Source: Bacteroidota bacterium
Lineage (GTDB): Bacteria > Bacteroidota > Rhodothermia > Rhodothermales > UBA10348
Length of the DNA stretch: 46,390 nt
Reading direction: 5' to 3'
NCBI GenBank assembly: GCA_027620595.1
Contig: JAQCDI010000001.1
Coordinates: 1-46,390, forward strand
Shown: in pieces, positions 39,338 through 46,390 of the stretch
Layout of the letters: every line of letters starts with the position of its first letter
How positions within the stretch are numbered: the stretch's first letter is position 1
Translations under genes and position numbers: made by a program
The notes under the pieces: model-generated
Told to the model about the DNA's origin: nothing
Database searches by the model: none
What the model saw: only the letters and a program-made list of their open reading frames with translations

Positions 39338-39870
39338 GCGGTCAGGATGGACTCTCCGCCGGGCGAGGAAGTGGTCCCGAGTTGGTCATCATCGCGGCGG
39401 TCGGGGCGGAAAACCGCGTCATCGGCAAGGGGCAGGACCTGCCATGGCACCTTCCCGAGGACCTGAAACACTTCAAGTCGCTGACATCGGGATGGCCGTG
39501 CTTGATGGGCAAGCGGACGTTCGACTCCGTGCTGCATCAATTGGGCAAACCGCTACCGGGGCGACGGAATCTGGTGCTTACCCGGACCGGATCGTGGCCC
39601 GAATGGCCTGAGGTAGAGGTGTTCGCTTCCGTCGATAAGGCGCTGGAAGCGGTCGCTGACGTCGAACGGGTGTTCATCACGGGTGGCGCCACGCTGTACA
39701 AGGCATTCCTCGGCCGGGCTGACCGCCTGGAGCTGACCGAAGTCTACGGGGACCATGAGGGCGACGTCTTCTTCCCCGAGTACAAACAACTCATCGGGTC
39801 CCAATACGAAGAAACCCGCCGCGACAAGCGCGGCGGGTATGACTTCGTGACGTATGAGCGGAAAGGCTGA
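39334..39870 (+). CDS. folA: dihydrofolate reductase
   Basis: [43 protein letters not shown], and RNLVLTR. ATGA overlap with thyA. Confidence 0.9.
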   Translation: MSGQDGLSAGRGSGPELVIIAAVGAENRVIGKGQDLPWHLPEDLKHFKSLTSGWPCLMGKRTFDSVLHQLGKPLPGRRNLVLTRTGSWPEWPEVEVFASVDKALEAVADVERVFITGGATLYKAFLGRADRLELTEVYGDHEGDVFFPEYKQLIGSQYEETRRDKRGGYDFVTYERKG

Positions 39871-39882
39871 CGTTCCAGCCGT

Positions 39883-40383
39883 TCAGATCGTGTTGATCCG
39901 GTCAAGGGTTCCAAGCGTGTCAAGAACGGCACAGGCCGCTTCAATGCCCTTATTGTGTTCATCCTGAGTCGAACGAGCCACGGCCTGCTCCTGTGTGTAG
40001 CACGTCAACACGCCGAAAGCACACGGAATACCCGTATCGAGGGAAACCCGCAAAAGCCCGGCGGCCACTTCGGATGAGATGTATTCGAAGTGGGCGGTTT
40101 CGCCTTTGATGACGGCGCCGAGACAGACAATGGCATCAAACGTCCCTTTTTGCGCCAGCCGCTGTGCTACCAGGGGAATCTCGAAGGCGCCAGGGACCCA
40201 GAAGACGGGCATGTCCGCCTCATCGATCCCCGCATCGAGCAGCGTGGCCCGTGAGCCATCAAGCAGGCCTCCGACAACGCTCTGGTTGAAGCGGGAGGAG
40301 ACGATGGCAATGCGGCGGCCACGGGCATCGAGCGTCATGGCGGCTGCGTCCGGTTGGCTTTTCATATTGGATTGGCGTGTCAT
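39883..40383 (-). CDS. ribH: 6,7-dimethyl-8-ribityllumazine synthase
   Basis: RIAIVSSRFNQSVVGGLLDG, VPGAFEIPLVAQRLA, DAIVCLGAVIKGETAHFEYI and FGVLTC. ATGA overlap with ribBA. Confidence 0.9.
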   Translation of the reverse strand: MTRQSNMKSQPDAAAMTLDARGRRIAIVSSRFNQSVVGGLLDGSRATLLDAGIDEADMPVFWVPGAFEIPLVAQRLAQKGTFDAIVCLGAVIKGETAHFEYISSEVAAGLLRVSLDTGIPCAFGVLTCYTQEQAVARSTQDEHNKGIEAACAVLDTLGTLDRINTI

Positions 40384-41627
40384 ACGGGTTCCGCTTGGTG
40401 ATCCATACGGGTCACTTTGGTTTTCAGGTAATGCTCATTCTCCGTTCGCCAGGAAAGCTCCATGGGGATGCGTCTGACAGTTGAAATACCCGCTTCGACC
40501 AGTCCATCTACCTTGGCCGGGTTGTTCGTCAGCAGGTCAACCTGATCAATTCCCAAATCTTTCAGCATGGCCGCTCCGGCCCGATAGGAACGGGCGTCGT
40601 CGGGGAATCCGAGCGTTCGGTTGGCGTCGACCGTGTCATACCCCTGGTCCTGCAGCGCATAGGCCCGGATCTTGTTGACCAGCCCGATGCCTCGTCCCTC
40701 CTGACGAAGGTAGATGATGACGCCTCTGCCACAGCGGGCTATGGCCGCCATGGCCTCGTCCAATTGGTCGGCACAGTCACAGCGACGGGATCCGAAAACC
40801 TCTCCCGTCAAACACTCCGAGTGCATGCGAACCAGGACGGGGCCGTCAGATGCAAGATTGCCCATGACGAGCGCCACGTGCTCCCGACCACGATCATCGT
40901 GATAGGCCGCAATACGGAAGTTGCCGTAATCCGTGGGAAGTTCAGAATCAGCTGCTCGATGCACCTCTTCGACCTGTTGCGGATCCGGGTCTGCTTGGGG
41001 TGGGGGCGGCCTCTGATATCCCGTACGAAGATGGGCCGCAATATCCTCGATGGATATCAGCGCCAAGTCGTGCTTGAGAGCAAAGGCCGCCAGATCTTCC
41101 CGGCGAGCCATTCCGCCGTCAGGGTTCATGATTTCGCAGATGGCCGCCACCGGCTGCATCCCGGCCAGCTTCATCAGTTCGACCGATGCCTCGGTATGAC
41201 CCTGCCGTGCACGCAGTCCACCCGCCTGTGCCCGAAGGGGAAACACGTGTCCCGGCACGTTGATATCGGTGGGACGGGATGTCGGGTCTGCCAGAACAGA
41301 CAGCGTACGAGAGCGGTCAGCCGCCGAGATGCCTGTGCTGATTCCGGAGGCCGCTTCCACGGACACCGTAAACGGACTTTCGTGGGCGGCCCGTCCTGCC
41401 GAACCGGATACCATACGGGGTATATCGAGTCGATCCAGCACGTCGGGAGCAGCCGCAGCGCAGATCAATCCGCGGCCCTCCCGGGCCATGAAATTCACCC
41501 ACTCGGGAGTGGCTGATTCGGCCGCCATGACCAGGTCACCCTCGTTCTCCCGTTCGGGATGGTCCATCACGATGATGGGCTTACCTTGGCGGATGGCCTC
41601 GAGGGCCGCTTCCATCTTGAGGCTCAT
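40380..41627 (-). CDS. ribBA: bifunctional 3,4-dihydroxy-2-butanone-4-phosphate synthase / GTP cyclohydrolase II
   Basis: DHBP synthase half (ENEGDLVMAAE, RGLICAA, GHVFPLRA..GG...R.GHTEA). GCH II half (VRMHSECLTGEVFGSRRCDCADQL, IYLRQEGRGIGL). Confidence 0.95.
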   Translation of the reverse strand: MSLKMEAALEAIRQGKPIIVMDHPERENEGDLVMAAESATPEWVNFMAREGRGLICAAAAPDVLDRLDIPRMVSGSAGRAAHESPFTVSVEAASGISTGISAADRSRTLSVLADPTSRPTDINVPGHVFPLRAQAGGLRARQGHTEASVELMKLAGMQPVAAICEIMNPDGGMARREDLAAFALKHDLALISIEDIAAHLRTGYQRPPPPQADPDPQQVEEVHRAADSELPTDYGNFRIAAYHDDRGREHVALVMGNLASDGPVLVRMHSECLTGEVFGSRRCDCADQLDEAMAAIARCGRGVIIYLRQEGRGIGLVNKIRAYALQDQGYDTVDANRTLGFPDDARSYRAGAAMLKDLGIDQVDLLTNNPAKVDGLVEAGISTVRRIPMELSWRTENEHYLKTKVTRMDHQAEPV

Positions 41628-42223
41628 GCTGTTTTCTCCGAACGCATCAGACGCTCGATGTACTTGCCGAAAATGTCCACTTCGATGTTGGGCCGATATC
41701 CGAGAGGCTGTCGGGCCAGCGTGACATGCTTCTGGGTGTAGGCAATCAGCATCAGCGTGAAGGCGTCCTCCAGCACGTCGATGACGGTCAACGAAATACC
41801 GTCGACAGCCACATAACCCTTTGGTACCAGGTAACGCAGGTATTCAGGGTCCAATTCGATGGTCAAGACCAGGCTCCCCCCGTCCTCCTCCCGTCTGCGG
41901 ATCCGGCCCGTCGTATCCACATGACCCTGCACGACATGCCCGCCGAAGCGACCTTCGGCCGGCATGCTTCGTTCAAGATTCACACCGTCCCCGGGTCTGA
42001 GGACACCGAGACTCGTTCTCCGCAGCGTTTCGGGAGCAAGCCCGACGGTGAAGGCTTCTGCGTCGAAATCCGTGACGGTGAGACACGTTCCATTCACGGC
42101 AATGCTGTCTCCCTCGTGCACGTCCTTGAGCACCGTTTCGGCCACTACGCTCAGCTGGACCCCATCGGGCGTTTCCTTGAGCTGACGGACCGTCCCTGTT
42201 TCTTCGATGATTCCTGTAAACAT
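41624..42223 (-). CDS. ribE: riboflavin synthase (alpha chain)
   Basis: MFTGIIEETGTV, GDSIAVNGTCLTV and repeat half GHVVQGHVDTTG...VAVDGISLTV. ATGA overlap with ribBA. Alternative ATG at 42229. Confidence 0.9.
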   Translation of the reverse strand: MFTGIIEETGTVRQLKETPDGVQLSVVAETVLKDVHEGDSIAVNGTCLTVTDFDAEAFTVGLAPETLRRTSLGVLRPGDGVNLERSMPAEGRFGGHVVQGHVDTTGRIRRREEDGGSLVLTIELDPEYLRYLVPKGYVAVDGISLTVIDVLEDAFTLMLIAYTQKHVTLARQPLGYRPNIEVDIFGKYIERLMRSEKTA

Positions 42224-42237
42224 GGTCATGCTGAGTT

Positions 42238-43341
42238 TTATGCGGTTCTGCGGGTCAATCCGCGAATCAGAATGTCGTCCCTGCACCGCTCGATTGTCAC
42301 GTCTTCAAGCCACAGTCGTTCGGCGAGTCGCGCCCGTCCCAGACCTGCAATGGCCCCTTTTGCCTCAGAACCGCCGATCAGGGAGGGCGAGATATAGTGG
42401 AGCACTTCGTCGATCAGGTCCTGCTCCAGGAAGGAGCCGATAAGGGTCGGGCCGCCTTCCAGTAATACGGATTGCACGCTGCGGCCAGCCAGCGCTTCCA
42501 ACAATGCCACTGGGTCGACGCGTCCAGACGCACCCGCTTTGAGCACCTCTACATGGACTCCGCGCTCTTCGTAAAGAGCGCGCTTGTCGTCGGGAATGAC
42601 GTTCGTCGTGGCCAGAATCGGAGCCTCTTCACCAGGGCCAAACACTGCGGCTGAAATCGGGGAGCGACCCGCGCTGTCCATCACGACTCTGATGGGTTGG
42701 GTCCATGGTCCGTCTGGAAGGCGAACATTCAGGCGAGGGTCGTCTGCCAGCACGGTGCCAGCCCCCACCAGAATGGCGTCGTGCTCATGCCGCATCCGAT
42801 GGCCGTGTTCTCGCGCTTCGGAAGACGTAATCCATTGACTCTCACCGGTCGACGTTGTCATTTTCCCGTCAAGGGACGTGGCCATCTTGGCCGTTACCCA
42901 GGGCCTACCCCTCCGGCACACGTGCAGGAATTCGCGGATCAGGTGGTCGGCCTCTTTCTCCAGAGTGCCCCCTGCCACTTCAATTCCAGCTGCGCGAAGC
43001 CTGTTCGCCCCACTGCCTTCCACATTCGGATTGGGGTCCCCGCTTGCAAACACGACGCGTGTCACCCCGGCCTGGATGATGGCTTCGGTGCAAGGTGGCG
43101 TTCTGCCATGGTGGTTGCACGGCTCCAGAGTGCAATAGAGGGTGGCGCCACCGGCACGCTCTCCAGCTTCTCGAAGCGCCTCCACTTCAGCATGCGGCTG
43201 TCCGGCTCCCTTGTGCGCGCCTTCCCCCACGACATCGCCATCGCGGACAACGACAGCCCCGACGCAGGGATTGGGACTCGTGAATCCTCGAAAGCGGCGC
43301 GCCAATTCGAGCGCCCGCTGCATGTGCACCTCGTGTACCAT
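42238..43341 (-). CDS. ribD: bifunctional diaminohydroxyphosphoribosylaminopyrimidine deaminase / 5-amino-6-(5-phosphoribosylamino)uracil reductase
   Basis: Deaminase motifs TSPNPCVGAVVV, HAEVEAL and TLEPCNHHGRTPPC. Reductase half GRPWVTAKMATSLDGK and VLLEGGPTL. Start is ATG 43341 or 43323; the ORF extension to 43440 runs into the riboswitch. Confidence 0.9.
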   Translation of the reverse strand: MVHEVHMQRALELARRFRGFTSPNPCVGAVVVRDGDVVGEGAHKGAGQPHAEVEALREAGERAGGATLYCTLEPCNHHGRTPPCTEAIIQAGVTRVVFASGDPNPNVEGSGANRLRAAGIEVAGGTLEKEADHLIREFLHVCRRGRPWVTAKMATSLDGKMTTSTGESQWITSSEAREHGHRMRHEHDAILVGAGTVLADDPRLNVRLPDGPWTQPIRVVMDSAGRSPISAAVFGPGEEAPILATTNVIPDDKRALYEERGVHVEVLKAGASGRVDPVALLEALAGRSVQSVLLEGGPTLIGSFLEQDLIDEVLHYISPSLIGGSEAKGAIAGLGRARLAERLWLEDVTIERCRDDILIRGLTRRTA

Positions 43342-43440
43342 AAGGACAGCAAGGGGCACGGTGGACACGCAATCGTGTCCATACCTCATGCACCGCCGTG
43401 CACGACTCAAGAGTCGCGCAGTACAGCGCATCGGTATCAT

Positions 43441-43597
43441 CTTCTCCCATCCGGACTATACCGTCGGCTCTGGCCTCTCACCAGATCAACTCCGTTGGCG
43501 AATGCCGCAGGAGGTCACGGGCTGGCTCCCAATGGGTGCTTACCGTCGGTCAGGAATTGGCCGCAAGCGGCCTCACCGTGCCCCGAAGATGAATGTC
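43441..43597 (-). promoter_or_regulatory. FMN riboswitch (RFN element) controlling the rib operon
   Basis: Minus-strand RNA reads CAUCUUCGGGGCACGGUGA..AAUUCCUGACCGACGGUAAGC..GGGAGCCAGCCCGUGACC..GGUGAGAGGCCAGAGCCGACGGUAUAGUCCGGAUGGGAGAAGAUG. This reproduces the conserved RFN cores and the P1 pairing (CUUC/GAAG). It sits directly 5' of ribD. Confidence 0.9.
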
Positions 43598-43719
43598 TGA
43601 CTTGTTTTCCCCTACGTACTGGTAGATGGCCTCCAGGTTACCGGTCCACGTCGAAGAATCTGCCAAAACGGTCTTGAGCGCAACTACAGACAGACGCGCG
43701 CCAGAACAGCTCTGCCCGA

Positions 43720-45012
43720 CTACAGCCCCACCCGCGCCAGGATGGCGTCCACGCGCTTGAGGTGGTAGGCGTCGTCGAAGCAGGCTTCGATCTCCTCGGC
43801 GCTCAGGTGCTCGCGGATGGCGGCGTCATCGAGGCAGATGTCCTTGAACTGACGCTCGGTTTCCCAGGCGGCCATGGCGCAGGGCTGCACGCGATCGTAG
43901 GCATCCTCGCGCATGAGGCCCTTCTCGATCAGGGCGTTGAGCACGCGCTGGCTGTTGTAGAGGCCGTAGGTGCGCTGCATGTTGCGCAGCATGTTCTGCT
44001 CGAACACCACGAGGTTGTCCATCAAGGTGGTGAACCGGCTCAGGGCGTAGTGCAGCACGGTCGTGGCGTCGGGCAGGATGACGCGCTCGGCCGAGGAGTG
44101 CGAGATGTCCCTCTCGTGCCAGAGGGGCATGTTCTCGTAGGCCGTGACCATGTACCCGCGCAGCAGGCGGGCGCAACCCGTGATATTCTCGCTGCCGATC
44201 GGATTGCGCTTGTGCGGCATGGACGAAGAGCCCTTCTGGCCTTTTCGGAAGGCCTCCTCGACTTCACGCACTTCAGACTTCTGCAGGCCGCGGACTTCGA
44301 CGGCCATCTTCTCGAGCGTACCGCCGATGACGGCCAGCGTGGCCATATAGTACGCGTGGCGGTCCCGCTGCAGCACCTGGGTGGAGACCGGCGCCGGCTC
44401 CAGGCCCAGGAAGTCGCAGGTGTACTGCTCCACTTCCATGGGCAGATGGGCAAAGGTGCCCACGGACCCGGACACCTTGCCGACGCGCATGCCTTCAGCC
44501 GCAGCAACGAAGCGCTCGCGGTTGCGACGCATCTCATCATAGTAGAGGGCCAGCTTGACGCCGAAGGTCGTCGGCTCGGCGTGGATGCCGTGGGTTCGCC
44601 CCATCATCAGGGTGTGCCGGTGCTCGTCGGCGCGACGACCCAGGACGGCAATCATCCGGTCGATCTCGGCCAGGATCATCACATTCGCTTTCTTCAGGCG
44701 AACCGACCAGGCGGTGTCGACCACGTCGGAGCTCGTGAGCCCGTAGTGGACCCATTTGCGCTCCTCGCCCAGCGATTCGCTGACGGCCCGCGTGAAGGCC
44801 ACCACGTCGTGGCGCGTCACTTCCTCGATCTCGTGGATGCGCGCCACATCGAAGGTTGCTTTGGCGCGGATCTTCTCAACGTCCTCGGCAGGGATCACCC
44901 CCAATTTGGACCAAGCGGCGGCTGCCGCGATTTCCACTTCCAGCCAGGCGTCGAACTGGGCTTTCTCGCTCCAGAGTTCGGCCATTTCGGGGCGGGTATA
45001 CCGGTCAATCAT
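43720..45012 (-). CDS. purB: adenylosuccinate lyase
   Basis: [37 protein letters not shown], and signature [14 protein letters not shown] 45012 chosen; the ORF extension to 45384 is non-homologous and Pro/Arg-rich. Confidence 0.95.
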   Translation of the reverse strand: MIDRYTRPEMAELWSEKAQFDAWLEVEIAAAAAWSKLGVIPAEDVEKIRAKATFDVARIHEIEEVTRHDVVAFTRAVSESLGEERKWVHYGLTSSDVVDTAWSVRLKKANVMILAEIDRMIAVLGRRADEHRHTLMMGRTHGIHAEPTTFGVKLALYYDEMRRNRERFVAAAEGMRVGKVSGSVGTFAHLPMEVEQYTCDFLGLEPAPVSTQVLQRDRHAYYMATLAVIGGTLEKMAVEVRGLQKSEVREVEEAFRKGQKGSSSMPHKRNPIGSENITGCARLLRGYMVTAYENMPLWHERDISHSSAERVILPDATTVLHYALSRFTTLMDNLVVFEQNMLRNMQRTYGLYNSQRVLNALIEKGLMREDAYDRVQPCAMAAWETERQFKDICLDDAAIREHLSAEEIEACFDDAYHLKRVDAILARVGL

Positions 45013-45113
45013 CGGGGTGTGCTGGGCTTGCTGGTCGGGAAACCGCCAAGATACCCTTTGCGCGCCTGCCGGAGGGTGAAGCGCGGTGGAAATGTGGTCC
45101 AGTTCCGGCTGAA

Positions 45114-46390
45114 CTACTGCTGCTGCAGGCGCTTGTCGAGGAACGTGGGGAGGCCTTCGATCAGCTGGTATCGGGACCGGTTGTCGATGGAGCTGGCCCC
45201 CGGCGGATGCGCGATCAGGATGTCGCCCGTAGTGGGGTCCGCTGCCATACGGACATTGACACCGCGCACCTGGGCCATCTGGCGGGGTTGACCCGTCTGT
45301 GTGAAGCGGGTGGTGGTACTTACCGGAAGAAGCCTGATTTCCCCCCGATTGCGGAAATACAGTCCAGAACCGTCGGCTGCCCACTCGGGGTCGTCGGCAT
45401 AGAGCTCTGTGACGCGCTCAAAATACAGGTTGGGGTCCGGAAAGGAGCGGACATACATGCGCTGCCCTCCGGATGTGAATGCCGTATTCTGATTGTCGGC
45501 CGTGAAGACAATGAATCGCCCGTTCGGGCTGATCTTCGCGTCCCCCTGCTTGGTGGACGTCGAGTCCAACGTCACCACGTCTCCCGTTTCCAGGTTCAAT
45601 GCCCGGAGATCATGCAACGTGGCATAGGCCAGCCACTTGCCATCCCGTGACGCGTTCGGGTAATCCCCCTCTGCGATGACCATCTCCTCAACACCGGTTC
45701 CGTCCGCGTTCTTGGACCAAATGGAGGCTTGATTGATTGGCCCGGTGGCATAATAGATCTTCCCGTTGGAGGACCAGGTCGGCGCCCGACTGACATCGTT
45801 GAGATACGTGAGCCGCTGCATGACACCGGTCGATCGATCCACGATTCCGATGTGGGTACTGCCCCCCAGCGCGGCGCCTTCACCCACCTCTACAGCAACG
45901 CTGGCACCGTCAGGCGAAACACTGATCCGATCGTACGTGCCCTTGGGGATTCCCGAATTGGTCAGTACGTACGATGAAGGGTCCATCACAGAAATGATGT
46001 CCTCCTCATTGAACAGGGATTCCTCGTTGAACAGTAAGGAACCATCACTACCCACGGTCCAGAAACGGAAGAACATCTGCTGGCCCGTGATATTGACCGG
46101 TTGGTCCACCAACGCGGGCTGATCAGGATCGAATTTCTGGACCACGACCTGACCTGCGCGATCTCCCAGATGGTAGACGATCGCGTTGGCACTGATGGAT
46201 TTTGCACAACATGCCCCTCGGTTCAGCACTGTCAGCTCATGGCTGGAAAGGTCATAGGCCGCCAGGTCGAATCCGCTGCCCCGACGACCCGCCGCCACCA
46301 GGATGAGATCCGTACCCGGCACGTGTTCCAGGTGGTCAACAAAAAGCAGTGTAGAGTCCTGCTGGGACAAATCGTGAACCACCTGCTCCT
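45114..46390 (-). CDS. TolB-like beta-propeller (PD40/WD40-like repeat) protein, 5' end outside window
   Basis: Repeated PD40-type units ([60 protein letters not shown]). The frame stays open to the window edge and no signal peptide is visible, so the N-terminus is probably missing. Confidence 0.7.
   Translation of the reverse strand, partial: EQVVHDLSQQDSTLLFVDHLEHVPGTDLILVAAGRRGSGFDLAAYDLSSHELTVLNRGACCAKSISANAIVYHLGDRAGQVVVQKFDPDQPALVDQPVNITGQQMFFRFWTVGSDGSLLFNEESLFNEEDIISVMDPSSYVLTNSGIPKGTYDRISVSPDGASVAVEVGEGAALGGSTHIGIVDRSTGVMQRLTYLNDVSRAPTWSSNGKIYYATGPINQASIWSKNADGTGVEEMVIAEGDYPNASRDGKWLAYATLHDLRALNLETGDVVTLDSTSTKQGDAKISPNGRFIVFTADNQNTAFTSGGQRMYVRSFPDPNLYFERVTELYADDPEWAADGSGLYFRNRGEIRLLPVSTTTRFTQTGQPRQMAQVRGVNVRMAADPTTGDILIAHPPGASSIDNRSRYQLIEGLPTFLDKRLQQQ

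Noticed and set aside
43342-43440. N-terminal extension of the ribD ORF (MIPMRCTARLLSRARRC...) up to 43440
   Set aside because: The extension overlaps the 3' strand and expression platform of the FMN riboswitch. It is not homologous to RibD N-termini. Homology begins at (MVHEVH)MQRALELA.
43762-45291. 509-aa plus-strand ORF
   Set aside because: Antisense to purB, which carries the [11 protein letters not shown] fumarate-lyase signature. Shadow ORF.
45013-45384. 124-codon N-terminal extension of the purB ORF
   Set aside because: Adenylosuccinate lyase homology starts exactly at [10 protein letters not shown] (ATG 45012). The upstream part is Pro/Arg/Gln-rich and overlaps the 3' end of the TolB-like gene.

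Overview
GC-rich, very gene-dense chromosomal segment with about 45 protein-coding genes on both strands, short spacers and eight 4-nt start/stop overlaps. It reads as core genome of a diderm bacterium (BamA/TamA-type barrel protein, TolB-like propeller, lipobox proteins). The lineage cannot be fixed from this window alone. Content is mostly housekeeping: alpha-glucan phosphorylase, PrmC, phenylalanine hydroxylase, an NhaC-type antiporter, RlmD, bS21, RdgB-Dtd, MoaA-MoaC, FloA flotillin, a CNNM/CorC transporter, a crotonase, thymidine phosphorylase, a Cys-less bL31, KorAB 2-oxoglutarate:ferredoxin oxidoreductase, ApaG, ThyA-FolA and PurB. It also holds an OdhA/Kgd-type 2-oxoglutarate dehydrogenase E1 with a fused E2-like acyltransferase domain, a pspA operon, and a complete ribD-ribE-ribBA-ribH operon behind an FMN riboswitch. 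I found no rRNA, tRNA, CRISPR array, transposase/integrase or prophage signature, so this is not an obvious accessory island and I cannot point to a clear-cut novel system. The items most worth a second look are: (i) a three-gene pspA module with a half-length PspA paralog sharing a C-terminal KTIGR tail, plus a 2-TM coiled-coil protein of no family I recognise; (ii) the actinobacterial-style E1o-E2o fusion with no adjacent sucB, in the same window as KorAB; (iii) a lysine-free nitrilase-superfamily protein that therefore lacks the catalytic Lys; (iv) a tandem PTLPPG repeat extension on KorB; (v) the expression platform of the FMN riboswitch; (vi) pyrimidine-rich, SD-less leaders on most genes versus strong SDs on rpsU/rpmE. 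The many long ORFs antisense to these genes are GC-driven shadow ORFs.
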